A DNA stretch of 64,000 nt from Candidatus Poribacteria bacterium (GCA_965242965.1 OZ251518.1:2048001-2112000); one strand, 5' to 3'; positions 40,554 to 50,314 are shown, counted from the first letter of the stretch. Program-made: numbers and translations. Notes: generated by a model not told the origin, from the sequence alone.

Positions 40554-41062
40554 TATACCGTATACTGCTTCAGCGTGTCGTCATCCAGGTTCTGCAAGAG
40601 ATCCTTCGGGTCGCGTTTTCGCGCGCGTTCCAGTTCATTTTCGGGGAATCCGTGGTCTTCGATGACCTTTTCGGCGACGTAGATAGGCGCGTCGCATCGG
40701 AGCGCGAGGGCAATCGCATCGCTAGGACGGGCATCGATATGGTGCACATCGCCGTTCGTTCGCAGATACACCTGCGCGTAAAAAGTCTGCGTTTCCGCCC
40801 TGTGAACACAGACACCCGTTACCTCCCCCTCAAGTTTTTCTATCATCGTTTTGAGGAGATCATGCGTCATCGGCCGGGGAAGTGTCAAATTCTCCAACTG
40901 CATTTGGATGGCACCCGCCTCCGATTCGCCGATCCAAATCAGCAAGATGCGTTTGGATGCTCCCTCTTTCTCCTTCATCACGACTATCGGGGCACCTGTC
41001 CTCTGATCGAGGGTGAGATAGTGGATGTTCACTTCAACCTTGGGCTGTTGATTTTTATCCAT
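40553..41062 (-). CDS. Bifunctional nuclease (DUF151) family protein
   Basis: IWIGESEA, RPMTHDL, DARPSDAIALA. Confidence 0.92.
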   Translation of the reverse strand: MDKNQQPKVEVNIHYLTLDQRTGAPIVVMKEKEGASKRILLIWIGESEAGAIQMQLENLTLPRPMTHDLLKTMIEKLEGEVTGVCVHRAETQTFYAQVYLRTNGDVHHIDARPSDAIALALRCDAPIYVAEKVIEDHGFPENELERARKRDPKDLLQNLDDDTLKQYTV

Positions 41063-41099
41063 TTGTGAGTTCCTTATGATAAATCCTGTCGCGCCCTAA

Positions 41100-41950
41100 A
41101 AGCATAGCGCGACGATAATCCAGACATGGCGCGGGACAGGCCCGCGCCCTACAGTAAGCGGCACGTTTTTTCACCGTAGCGCGGGAGACAGGCCCCCGCA
41201 ATCGCCCGCAGAGCGCGCGACGATGATCCAGACATGGCGCGGGACAGGCCCGCGCCCTACAGTAAGCGGCACGTTTTTTCACCGTAGCGCGGGAGACAGG
41301 CCCCCGCAATCGCCCGCGCGAAAACATCTCTTCAGGTCCTTTAGGTCCTGCATGTCTATAGTATCCCGCCGACAGAGAAGAGCCCTAAGGTCCTTTAGGT
41401 CCTTAATAGGCAGCGGACACATCGCAGCAGAAAACATTAAGGTCCTACGGACCTTGAGGACTTGGCGGGCTGCACGGGCTATAGACATTAAGGTCCTACG
41501 GACCTAAAGGCAAACCCTTTCCTGGCCCGGAGCGAGGGAGCCGCGCAGGCGAGCGGGTTTCCCCCGCGAGCACCCGCGCGAAAACATCTCTTCAGGTCCT
41601 TTAGGTCCTGCATGTCTATAGTATCCCGCCGACAGAGAAGAGCCTTAAGGTCCTTTAGGTCCTTAATAGGCAGCGGACACATCGCAGCAGAAAACATTAA
41701 GGTCCTACGGACCTTGAGGACTTGGCGGGCTGCGCGGGCTATAGACATTAAGGTCCTACGGACCTAAAGGCAACCGCTTTCCTGGCCCGTAGCGCGGGGG
41801 CCTGTCCCCCGCGTGCTCCATCGTCATGATGTGCAGTACCCCCTCTGTAGTTTGTGATCGCCTGATCACAAACGGTCGGGATCAGGCGATCCCGAACTAC
41901 AGAGCCTGGCGCGAGAACAATGGCGAGGGACAGGCCATCGCCCTACGGGC
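41100..41950. repeat. Repeat mosaic with tandem duplications, including two AGGTCC elements
   Basis: About 110-bp unit duplicated near 41105-41315; about 260-bp unit duplicated near 41310-41790. Confidence 0.92.
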
Positions 41951-41986
41951 CGCCAGCGGAAGCGGAAACGAGGACTAAACCGCGCC

Positions 41987-43846
41987 CTACGAATCGCCAG
42001 CGGAAGCAGAATCGGATGCGGAATCTGCTTTGGCACCGAGTCCGGAAGCGTAATTCTGAACGACCTCGGCGATTTTCCCGGTATCCAAACCGCTAAAGTC
42101 CACAATCTCCTTAAGCAACGGCAGTGCCGCGCCCGCGTTCACAATGGAGCTGAGGATACGGTTGGAGCTGCCGGAAGTGCCATTGCCGTTGCTGCCGCCA
42201 AGGTCCAGCACTCGGATGCTCTCGATGCGTTCCGCCGGTTTCATCAACTCACTCGTGACTTCAGGGAGCGATTCAACGAGTGCCAACACGGCATCGCTCA
42301 CCAGCACCTGCGGTTCCGCCTTGTTCTTGGCGGCAATCGATGCCTCTTCGCCATCGGCTTTCGCCTTCGCCTCAATGAGCAAGGCTTCGGCGAGAATCTT
42401 CTGTGCCTCCGCTTTGACTTCGGCTGCCGACAACGTCGCCTTCGCGGCTTCAACGACAGCATAAGCCTCGGCATCGGCAGCGCGTTCTTTGGCGATGCGC
42501 TCTTCGTCAGCCTCTTGCTCGGCGCGAATCAGCGCAATCTGGCTTTGACGTTCGGCTTCCTCAACGGCTTCTGCCGTTGCAACCTTTGCTTCTGCCTGTG
42601 CCTTCGCGGCAGAAACTTGCAAGAGTTCAATCAGTGCGGACTCGCGTGCGCGCTCTTTAATCGAGACCTGGATGGCATTCTCTGCCTCTGCCTCTTTCTC
42701 CTCGCGCTCCTTCTCAATCAGCACAATTCGGCTGGCGATGCTCGCCTCTTCCACGTCGCGTTCCTGCTCAATCTTCGCCTGTTCGATGGAGAGGTTCCGC
42801 GCAATTTCCGCTTCTTGGACGCGCTGTTCTTGCTGAACGCGAGCCACTTCAACAACTTGCTTTTGTGAAATCTCGCTTTCTTGCACTTGGCGTTCCTGCT
42901 CAATCCGCGCCATCTCCAACTTCTGCTTTTGGGTGATGGTGGCGGATTTCACTGCTTCCTCTTGTCGCAGCCGCGCTTCCTCGATGGCTTGCTGCTGCTC
43001 AAGCTGATGCGATTCAACCTCGCGCGCCTGCTCCGCCTTGTTCGTAGCGATTGCCTTGCGCTGCTCTTCCTGCGCGAACTCAAGCCGCCGTTCTACCTCC
43101 AGCGTCTGCGTTTCGGTTTCCTCTTCGCGCTGCTTGATCTCAAGTTCCGCTTTGAGCCGGTCTTCCTCGCGTTTGACCTGGTTTTCGTGCTCAATGCGCG
43201 CGGTCTGCGTCTGCCGGTCCTCCACCTCCTGCTTGATAGTCTGGATGGCGACAACGTCAAACCGATTGTTCTCATCAAGCGCGTCAAGCGGTGTCTGGTC
43301 CAGATTCGTCACGGCGACGCTTTCAAGCTTGAACCCGTTTTGCTCAAGATCATCGCGACAAGCCTCTTGAACCTGGTCAGAAAATTCTTGGCGTTTCTCG
43401 TGCAGTTCCTGCAAGTCCATCGTTGCGGCGACGCTTCGCAGGACACCTACGAGTTTTCCTTCCAGCAGCGTGTTCACAGCACCCGGTGTCAAGGTTTTGT
43501 CACCAAGGCTGGCTACGGCTTTAAGGACATCCTGTTCAATGGGTTCAATCTTGACATAGAACTGCGCCTCCAGATCGACCCGGAGACTATCGCGCGTAAT
43601 CAATGCCGCTTGCCCTGTGCGTTCTACTGGGAGCTGCATCGTGTTTAACGACATGAGTTGCGTGGTATTCGTAATCGGATTAATCAGGCTGCCGCCGAAG
43701 ACAACGCGCTTCTTGCGGCCTCCGGAAACCACGAGCGCGGAATCGGGAGGTGCCTTTCGATAAAACGATTTGTAGATAAGCACGAAAATCACGAATAGTG
43801 CAACAATGCTACCTACAATGGTGATAAATAGACTGGGGTTCGGCAT
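41987..43846 (-). CDS. Flotillin family (SPFH/band 7) protein, YqiK-like
   Basis: N-terminal TM, ALITRDSLRVD, LRSVAATMDLQELHEKR, EA-rich coiled coil, ERIESIRV. Confidence 0.9.
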   Translation of the reverse strand: MPNPSLFITIVGSIVALFVIFVLIYKSFYRKAPPDSALVVSGGRKKRVVFGGSLINPITNTTQLMSLNTMQLPVERTGQAALITRDSLRVDLEAQFYVKIEPIEQDVLKAVASLGDKTLTPGAVNTLLEGKLVGVLRSVAATMDLQELHEKRQEFSDQVQEACRDDLEQNGFKLESVAVTNLDQTPLDALDENNRFDVVAIQTIKQEVEDRQTQTARIEHENQVKREEDRLKAELEIKQREEETETQTLEVERRLEFAQEEQRKAIATNKAEQAREVESHQLEQQQAIEEARLRQEEAVKSATITQKQKLEMARIEQERQVQESEISQKQVVEVARVQQEQRVQEAEIARNLSIEQAKIEQERDVEEASIASRIVLIEKEREEKEAEAENAIQVSIKERARESALIELLQVSAAKAQAEAKVATAEAVEEAERQSQIALIRAEQEADEERIAKERAADAEAYAVVEAAKATLSAAEVKAEAQKILAEALLIEAKAKADGEEASIAAKNKAEPQVLVSDAVLALVESLPEVTSELMKPAERIESIRVLDLGGSNGNGTSGSSNRILSSIVNAGAALPLLKEIVDFSGLDTGKIAEVVQNYASGLGAKADSASDSASAGDS

Positions 43847-43928
43847 GAGAATTCCTCCACTGGGAAATTAAAAAAGCGAATGTATCAGCAGTGCATCGCG
43901 TGCTCGTAGGCGCGGTTTGAAACAGCCC

Positions 43929-44633
43929 CTACGGCACTTGTTGCAACTCTGCTTCGGCTTTTTTCACATCAAAGATTCGTTTTTCATCGTCATAGTTGAC
44001 GAGGATAACGGTATCTCCCTTGACAGGGTTGCCCTGGTCTTTTTTGACACGACAATTGACAGTTAATGCCGGTCCTTCCGGCACTTGCACGCGCACCGTC
44101 CCGAAAGTCGTTGTGATTTGTCCGCTAATCACGCGTCCTCGCATGCCGAGCAGTTGGACATCGGTGATGGCGCGTTCGCTTTCAGGAAATAACTTGGAAA
44201 TGCCAAACGTGAGATAGCGGGTGCCGACGAGACTACAGAGAAACGCGACGGCGCACGATGCCCAAACCCAGTTCGGGTTCGCTGCGACGTTGAAAAGCGC
44301 GTTGGCGATGAGTCCCGTCATGCCCCATGTTGCGAATAGCGACATCAGCACTACCATGATGGGGACTCTGCCGACGTTCAAGAATCCTAACACGTCAACG
44401 AAAGAACCGTTCTGTCCTTCCGTATCTGCGTCCGCGTCGGTATCTGCGTCCGCGTCCATATCTGCGTCTACGTCTGCATCTACGTCCACGTCTGCATCTG
44501 CGTCGACATCCGCGTCTCCGAAATCCATGCCGCCCATGACGAGCCGGAAGATTGCGAAGATGAAAACGAGTGCGAGCGGTGCAGTGAACCAAACATTGTA
44601 ATCAACAAGGAGGTAATTGAGATATGCGAGCAT
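43929..44633 (-). CDS. YqiJ/DUF1449 (NfeD-like OB-fold) membrane protein
   Basis: D-A-D-V repeat linker, FLNVGRVPIMV, C-terminal OB-fold-like region; directly upstream of flotillin. Confidence 0.82.
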   Translation of the reverse strand: MLAYLNYLLVDYNVWFTAPLALVFIFAIFRLVMGGMDFGDADVDADADVDVDADVDADMDADADTDADADTEGQNGSFVDVLGFLNVGRVPIMVVLMSLFATWGMTGLIANALFNVAANPNWVWASCAVAFLCSLVGTRYLTFGISKLFPESERAITDVQLLGMRGRVISGQITTTFGTVRVQVPEGPALTVNCRVKKDQGNPVKGDTVILVNYDDEKRIFDVKKAEAELQQVP

Positions 44634-44667
44634 AACACGAGTCGTGCGGCTGCGCCGCGCGCCTCCT

Positions 44668-45054
44668 CTAACGTTTAATGCGTGCGCTGATGTGTGCTTG
44701 AACGCGTTTTGCCTGACGGAGCGTGAGGTTCTCCAGCCAATGCACGTTTCGCGTCACCTGAATTTCAAGGCGGGCCTGCCTGAAAATCCGATGCCTGAGC
44801 CCGCAAACGAGGCGCACGTCTTCTATCTCCGTGAAAAGCACATTACACCGGATATTGGCGTATGAGACGCTCAGGCTGCCTATCTGCCGTTCATCTAATA
44901 CCAGCACGCGATGCGAGGTGACAACGACAAAATCAGGACTTAAGAGGGTTGAGCGGCCCAGCGTGAAGAAACAGAAGCGTTCGTCCGGCATCAACTCGGT
45001 CCGGATTAACTGTTGGATCCGGGGTGGTAAATTCTCCAGCACTCCCATTGCCAT
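44668..45054 (-). CDS. Hypothetical protein, possible bacterial PH domain
   Basis: AGGAG RBS; VVVTSHRVLVLD pattern typical of bPH domains. Confidence 0.6.
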   Translation of the reverse strand: MAMGVLENLPPRIQQLIRTELMPDERFCFFTLGRSTLLSPDFVVVTSHRVLVLDERQIGSLSVSYANIRCNVLFTEIEDVRLVCGLRHRIFRQARLEIQVTRNVHWLENLTLRQAKRVQAHISARIKR

Positions 45055-45210
45055 GCTCCTACAGAGAATTCTGTAGTTTGAGAGCCCTTGAGCTCAACCG
45101 GGGCGAAGATCTGGCGAGACTGCCCTACAGAGAGGGACTCCCATTTCCCTCCGAATATTTTTTTGCCGGGAGGCGCGCTTTCAACGCGCGCCTCCCGGGT
45201 CCTTCTTGAA

Positions 45211-45559
45211 TGGAGGTGGCGGGAATCGAACCCGCGTCCGAAGGCATTTCAATAGAGGCTACTACATGCTTGTCACAGGATCAAGGTTCACCACGCCGAT
45301 GCTCCTGTGCGGGCATCGTGCGCGGCTATCTCAAGTCAAGATTCGCGGTTCGCTCCTTGAGAAAATGCGAACGGCTAGCCTGTATTGCGACGCTTTAGCC
45401 TCCCTGACAGGCGGCAGGTCAGCCAAGCGTGGCCGCATTAAGCAGCCAGTGCTAATTCTTCATCAGCAATTATAGTTGTTCCGCCAATTTAACGAGGCCT
45501 GCGGATCCTCGGCATGCAACCTATATCTCATCTACCTCCGTCGAAACCTTGTCACCCCC
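45211..45559 (-). ncRNA. ssrA: tmRNA, tag peptide (A)ADEELALAA*
   Basis: 5' GGGGGTGACAAGGTTTCGAC, 3' GGTTCGATTCCCGCCACCTCCA tRNA-Ala-like ends; tag frame GCT GAT GAA GAA TTA GCA CTG GCT GCT TAA at 45467-45438; adjacent to smpB. Confidence 0.95.
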
Positions 45560-45650
45560 AAAATCGCCTGGGTATAGGCACTCCCCTGTAGGAGAGACCT
45601 CCCGGTCTCGTATCAAAACTTCGTCACCCCAAAATCGCCTTAGTCTGGCG

Positions 45651-46112
45651 TTAGTGATAGGTGCGCATTTCGCGCTCGACTTCCTCGCGTTCCAGCTGCG
45701 CGCGTTTATCGTAAAGCCGTTTGCCGACAGCGACTGCCAACTCTAGTTTCACCTTGCCATTGCTAAAATAGGCGCGGGTAGGAACGATAGTCATCCCCTT
45801 TGAACGGATAGAACGTTCCAGTTTGTTGATTTCCCGGCGATGCAACAGGAGTTTCCGATTCCGCTTCGGCTCATGATTGGCAGTGTTACCTTGCTCATAC
45901 AGCCCGATGTGCGCGTCTGTCAGAAATAGTTCGCCGCCGCTAATCTGCGCGTAACTATCCGTTAGATTCATCTGTCCTGCGCGAATCGCCTTCACTTCAG
46001 TCCCTTGCAAGACGATGCCGGCTTCGTACCGGTCCTGCAGATGGTAGTCGTGTCGCGCTTTCCGGTTGACGGTAATTACCGGGCTTTGCGTGGAATTTTT
46101 CTGATTTTTCAT
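45651..46112 (-). CDS. smpB: SsrA-binding protein
   Basis: NRKARHDY, EAGIVLQGTEVKAIR, RKLLLHRREI, GKRLYDKR. Confidence 0.97.
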   Translation of the reverse strand: MKNQKNSTQSPVITVNRKARHDYHLQDRYEAGIVLQGTEVKAIRAGQMNLTDSYAQISGGELFLTDAHIGLYEQGNTANHEPKRNRKLLLHRREINKLERSIRSKGMTIVPTRAYFSNGKVKLELAVAVGKRLYDKRAQLEREEVEREMRTYH

Positions 46113-46144
46113 GATTTTTCGGCAATTTTGTTCCGTTTGTATCA

Positions 46145-46174
46145 ATTATACCACAAAATTAACCCGTATGTCAA
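46145..46174 (-). promoter_or_regulatory. sigma70-like promoter for smpB
   Basis: TTGACA-18 nt-TATAAT with extended TG. Confidence 0.65.
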
Positions 46175-46204
46175 GAAAAAATTCAAATTATTGCGAAATA
46201 GCGT

Positions 46205-47080
46205 CTACTTAAGCGTCCTCTCAAAATCTTTCAACAGATTCCGTTGTCGCCGCGTCAGCGATTTGGGGACTTCCACCACCAAGCGCACGCGTAAATCGCC
46301 TTTCCGGCCGGAGGCATCCGTAATCCCTTGCCCACCCAATCGTAACAGCTGCTCGGGCTGCGTTCCGGCAGAAATCTTGATATTCACCTCACCCGTTACG
46401 TTTTGGACGCGCACCGTGCCGCCTAACGCCGCTGTCGTCATCGGAATCGTTACGTCTGTCACCAGGTCGAGTCCATCGCGCGTCAGCGTTGGATGTGGTT
46501 GGACGGCTACCTGCACGAGCAAATCGCCGGCTCCCCCTCTGCCATTCGGCTGTCCGTGGCCGCGAACCCGCAAGGTTTGTCCGTCCTTAATACCAGGGGG
46601 AATTTTCAGGGCGATATTCGCGCCGAGGCGGCGGACATTTTTCTCTGCGCCGAGCACCGAGTCCGCGAAGGTAATCGTGAGACTGATGCGGACATCTCGG
46701 TTGCGTGGCGGTGCAGCCTCACGATGCTGCGGACCGAACACATCCCCGAATGCATCGCTGAACCCACCAAACCCACTAAACCCACTGCGCCCGAAAATAT
46801 CGTTCAGGTTCAGGTTCGCGAAGATATCGTCCATGTTGGCGTATCCCTCGAAGCCCATCCCGTGGACACCGGCGTGGCCGCGCGTATCGTAGACGCGCCG
46901 CTTCTCCGGATCGGACAAGACTGAATACGCGTTTGATGCCTCCTTGAATTTCTCCTCAGCGGCTTTGTCACCCGGATTCTTGTCGGGATGATACCGCACC
47001 GCGAGTTTGCGATACGCCTTTTTGATTTCGTCCGGCGTGGCGTTTCTGCCCACGCCGAGTATTTTGTAGTAGTCTCTCAT
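46205..47080 (-). CDS. DnaJ-class J-domain protein without zinc finger (CbpA-like)
   Basis: DYYKILGV...YHPDKN J domain, G/F region, C-terminal DnaJ domain, no CxxCxGxG repeats. Confidence 0.9.
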   Translation of the reverse strand: MRDYYKILGVGRNATPDEIKKAYRKLAVRYHPDKNPGDKAAEEKFKEASNAYSVLSDPEKRRVYDTRGHAGVHGMGFEGYANMDDIFANLNLNDIFGRSGFSGFGGFSDAFGDVFGPQHREAAPPRNRDVRISLTITFADSVLGAEKNVRRLGANIALKIPPGIKDGQTLRVRGHGQPNGRGGAGDLLVQVAVQPHPTLTRDGLDLVTDVTIPMTTAALGGTVRVQNVTGEVNIKISAGTQPEQLLRLGGQGITDASGRKGDLRVRLVVEVPKSLTRRQRNLLKDFERTLK

Positions 47081-47096
47081 AATTTTGTTAGAAGTC

Positions 47097-47361
47097 GCGT
47101 GTTGAGGGACAGGCCCTCAACCTACGCGCAAGAAGCATTTTGTCAGAGGGAGCATGTTGAGGGACAGGCCCTCAACCTACGCGCAAGCAGCACTTTGTTA
47201 GAGGGAGCATGTTGAGGGACAGGCCCTCAACCTACGCGCAGGCAGCATTTTTCCCGGTAGGAGAGACCTCCAGGTCTCGATTTTACAAACCCTCAACCTA
47301 CGCGCAGGCAGCACTTTGTTAGAGGGAGCGTGTTGAGGGACAGGCCCTCAACCTACGTGCA
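47097..47361. repeat. Tandem array of the GTTGAGGGACAGGCCCTCAACCTAC hairpin variant
   Basis: Four full copies (47101, 47156, 47211, 47332) and one partial, 55-bp period in the first three. Confidence 0.92.
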
Positions 47362-47384
47362 GGTAGCACGCGGGCAAATCACGT

Positions 47385-48485
47385 CTATAACCTTGCACAC
47401 AACTCAGTTACGCTTGCAATCCGCTCATAATCTTTGACAAGGGTAACCCCGAACGCCAGCGCGGCGGTTTCTGCACGCAACTTTCGGCGCGCATCCGCAA
47501 TACCCTCAATGTCTTTGACATGCGCCGCGCCGATAATCCGCCGCAATACCTCCATGCCAGCAAAGCCAACCGCGGTGTGGAAGATGTGCTTTAACGTCCC
47601 TGTCTTTCCACCGGTTTGAAACGCCGCCGCATAACTCTCCCATGTCCGAACAAGTGCCGTTTTGAGAGCCGATTGCACGGCGGCATTGCCGATATGCGAA
47701 AAATAGGACAAGCCGTAATTCGCCCAGAACAACCCGATATCAAAACCGACGGGCCCGTAAAACGCAAACTCCGCATCGATAACCTTGGCCGAATCGCCGC
47801 GCGCCATGACGCTTCCCGTATGCAGGTCTCCGTGAGTCAAACCCTGTTGTTCAGTAAGGAAGATGTCCTTGAGCTGACGTGCCTTTTGCAAGAACTCTTC
47901 ATCTGCTTTCAACCGCGCAACCTTATCCGTCAATTCTGCCGTGTAGAAGTTCGTTTCGTGCGCCGTGAAAGGCAAGGTAAAGACGTAATCCGCCGTTATC
48001 TCCCGCATCGCCGCGTTATCAAAACGTTCACGCTCTTCGGCGCAAGGCTCGCGATGCACGCGCCCCAGAAACCTGCCGATTTGCATGGGAACCGCCTGAC
48101 TGACATTCCCCGCGATGAGTGCATCTCGCAATAAATGGTAACCGCCCAGGTCCTCCATGACGATAACAGCGTTTTCCGCGTCGAAATAGTGAGGCGCGGG
48201 AGCCGCACCCGCAGCCAACCGATGGTAACTCTCCAAGGCGCGAAATTCATAAGTCAAGCGTTGCGTCGTCAACGGATACGCCGGCCCTAAAATCTTAATG
48301 TAGGGTGGTGCCTGCTTGACAATAAGCGAGCACTTCGGGTTCGCCGCATCAAACACCCGATGGACGAAATTCAGATTGCCATCGCCGATTTCCGCTGCGA
48401 CGAGCTCGGCATCAGCGGCAAAGTAGGCTATCTCGGTGTGGCGTTCTTGAAGATAACGCGGGATGGTATCCTTGTTGAGTTCCAT
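47385..48485 (-). CDS. mtnK: S-methyl-5-thioribose kinase
   Basis: EIGDGNLNFV, VKQAPPY, HGDLHTGS, IDAEFAFYGP, RRIIGAAHVKD. Confidence 0.9.
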   Translation of the reverse strand: MELNKDTIPRYLQERHTEIAYFAADAELVAAEIGDGNLNFVHRVFDAANPKCSLIVKQAPPYIKILGPAYPLTTQRLTYEFRALESYHRLAAGAAPAPHYFDAENAVIVMEDLGGYHLLRDALIAGNVSQAVPMQIGRFLGRVHREPCAEERERFDNAAMREITADYVFTLPFTAHETNFYTAELTDKVARLKADEEFLQKARQLKDIFLTEQQGLTHGDLHTGSVMARGDSAKVIDAEFAFYGPVGFDIGLFWANYGLSYFSHIGNAAVQSALKTALVRTWESYAAAFQTGGKTGTLKHIFHTAVGFAGMEVLRRIIGAAHVKDIEGIADARRKLRAETAALAFGVTLVKDYERIASVTELCARL

Positions 48486-48522
48486 TTTTTCTTCAGCGAA
48501 GTGACCGGACAGCGAAATCCTT

Positions 48523-49524
48523 TTAGCCCAACAACTTCTCTGCAATCTGAATTGCGTTTAACGCCGCACCCTTGCGCAGATTATCGGCGACTACCCACAG
48601 ATTCAGCCCATTTTCAACGGAAGCATCCTCGCGGATGCGGCCGACATACACGTCATCTTTCCCAGCGGCATCCACGGCGAGCGGGTATTTCCGGTTGCCC
48701 GGGTCATCGATTAACTTCACACCGGGTGCATCGGCGAGGCACTCCCGTGCCTGTGCCGGCGTGAGTTTTTCGCGCGTCTCCACGTTAATCGATTCGGAGT
48801 GCGCATAGAAGACAGGGACACGAACCGTCGTCGCCGAGACACCGATAGATTCATCTTCAAGAATCTTCCGAGTCTCGCTGATCATTTTCACTTCTTCTTC
48901 GTTATCGCCGCTATCGGCGAAGGGCCAATCAAACGCGACATTGAACGCCATCTGATGTGGGAACAACTCCAAGTCAATCGGCTTACCTTGCAACGCCGAG
49001 GTAGTCTGCTGGACAAGTTCCGTGACAGCGCGCCCACTTTTGCCGGAGACGCTCTGATAGGTAGAGACGACAATCCTCTTGATGCCGACAGCATCGTAAA
49101 TCGGCTTGAGTGCCACCATCATTTGGATGGTGGAGCAATTAGGGTTCGCGATGAGCCGATTATGTTTCTGGACGGCGTGCATGTTCACTTCCGGCACGAC
49201 AAGCGGGGTATCCGCATCCATCCGGAACGCGCTCGTATTGTCAATGACTAACGCCCCATTTTCCACCGCGGTCGGGATGAACTCGCGGCTCACCGACGCG
49301 CCCGCTGACGAAAAAACCACGTCAATGTCGCCGAACGAATCGTGCGTTAATTCCTCAACGATGATATGTTCGTCTTGAAAGGTGATGATTTCACCCGCCG
49401 ACCGGTGTGATGCCAGCAGTTTGAGTGAAGCGATGGGAAAGTCCCGTTCTGCTAACAGTTCCAACAACGTATTGCCGACAGCACCTGTCGCGCCGACAAC
49501 CGCTACACGATAACTCTCACACAT
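48523..49524 (-). CDS. asd: Aspartate-semialdehyde dehydrogenase
   Basis: VVGATGAVG, IANPNCSTIQ, STYQSVSG, RVPVFYAHSE, DNLRKGAALNA. Confidence 0.96.
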   Translation of the reverse strand: MCESYRVAVVGATGAVGNTLLELLAERDFPIASLKLLASHRSAGEIITFQDEHIIVEELTHDSFGDIDVVFSSAGASVSREFIPTAVENGALVIDNTSAFRMDADTPLVVPEVNMHAVQKHNRLIANPNCSTIQMMVALKPIYDAVGIKRIVVSTYQSVSGKSGRAVTELVQQTTSALQGKPIDLELFPHQMAFNVAFDWPFADSGDNEEEVKMISETRKILEDESIGVSATTVRVPVFYAHSESINVETREKLTPAQARECLADAPGVKLIDDPGNRKYPLAVDAAGKDDVYVGRIREDASVENGLNLWVVADNLRKGAALNAIQIAEKLLG

Positions 49525-49770
49525 TTCTGATATTTTCCTCCTCCTCGGAGTTGAGTCTACAAATAGATTTTTTATGTTTGGCCGCTTTGAACGCGCGATT
49601 CGCGCCTCAAAAGCACACCTATTATGCATTATACCACAAATCCGCGCGTTATGCAAACATTTTTTTGTGGCAAATATTTTGTGAATCTCCGTCTGAAATG
49701 CCGAAATTTCAAAAAAAACGCGCGAAAAGTTGAATTTTGCCTTTTTAATGACGTTTTTTTACAAAAATTG

Positions 49771-49864
49771 TTGACAAATTGTGAAAAATAAGGTATTATA
49801 TTAATGTGCTTGATGATTTAAGCGCACTCTAAACTTGACATTCCCTATATGTTTATCGTATAAT
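49771..49864 (+). promoter_or_regulatory. Two tandem sigma70 promoters for the HU gene
   Basis: TTGACA-17-TATTAT (49771-49799) and TTGACA-18-TATAAT (49835-49864) in an AT-rich region. Confidence 0.7.
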
Positions 49865-49913
49865 AGAGGTATTGTAAGTTTAAGTTAATCTATTTTTAAA
49901 AGAGGATTCTAAC

Positions 49914-50195
49914 ATGGCTAAATTAATGAAAGGCGACATCGTCAGCAATGTTGCTGAGCAAACAGGGCTCGGCAAGAAACAGGCGAACGCCGCTGTTGAC
50001 GCAGTCGTTGCGACAATTCAAGGCGCTTTGAGTAACGGCGATTCCGTCGCGCTGATCGGGTTCGGCACGTTTGAAGTCCGGACACGGGCTGCACGCAAAG
50101 GCCGCAACCTGGCCACCGGTGAAGAGATGGACATTCCTGAGAAGAATGTCCCGGCTTTTAAAGCCGGCAAGAAGCTCCGGGATGCAGTCGCCTAA
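49914..50195 (+). CDS. hup: DNA-binding protein HU
   Basis: [18 protein letters not shown]...[13 protein letters not shown]. Confidence 0.95.
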   Translation: MAKLMKGDIVSNVAEQTGLGKKQANAAVDAVVATIQGALSNGDSVALIGFGTFEVRTRAARKGRNLATGEEMDIPEKNVPAFKAGKKLRDAVA

Positions 50196-50264
50196 CTTGA
50201 GGCGACGTGGCTTCCGTCGTTTGCAAGCAGCTACTGCTTGCAAACGACGACGTTAGGCCCTTAG

Positions 50265-50314
50265 AGCCGCGGGGGTGCTTTGCGTTTTTATCAAGGAACC
50301 CCCGCGGCTTTTTT
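50265..50314 (+). terminator. Rho-independent terminator after hup
   Basis: AGCCGCGGGGG...CCCCCGCGGCT stem followed by a T run. Confidence 0.7.

Noticed and set aside
44420-44520. 6-bp-period repeat encoding DADVDADAD
   Set aside because: Acidic low-complexity linker typical of NfeD/YqiJ family proteins; synonymous variation argues against a slippage switch.
45060-45215. Prophage or genomic island integrated at the tmRNA 3' end
   Set aside because: No integrase nearby and no duplicate of the ssrA 3' end noticed in the window.
47097-47361. 55-bp-period palindromic array resembling CRISPR
   Set aside because: The spacers are near-copies of each other (GCA..TTTGT.AGAGGGAGC) and the repeat is a variant of the family-A hairpin.
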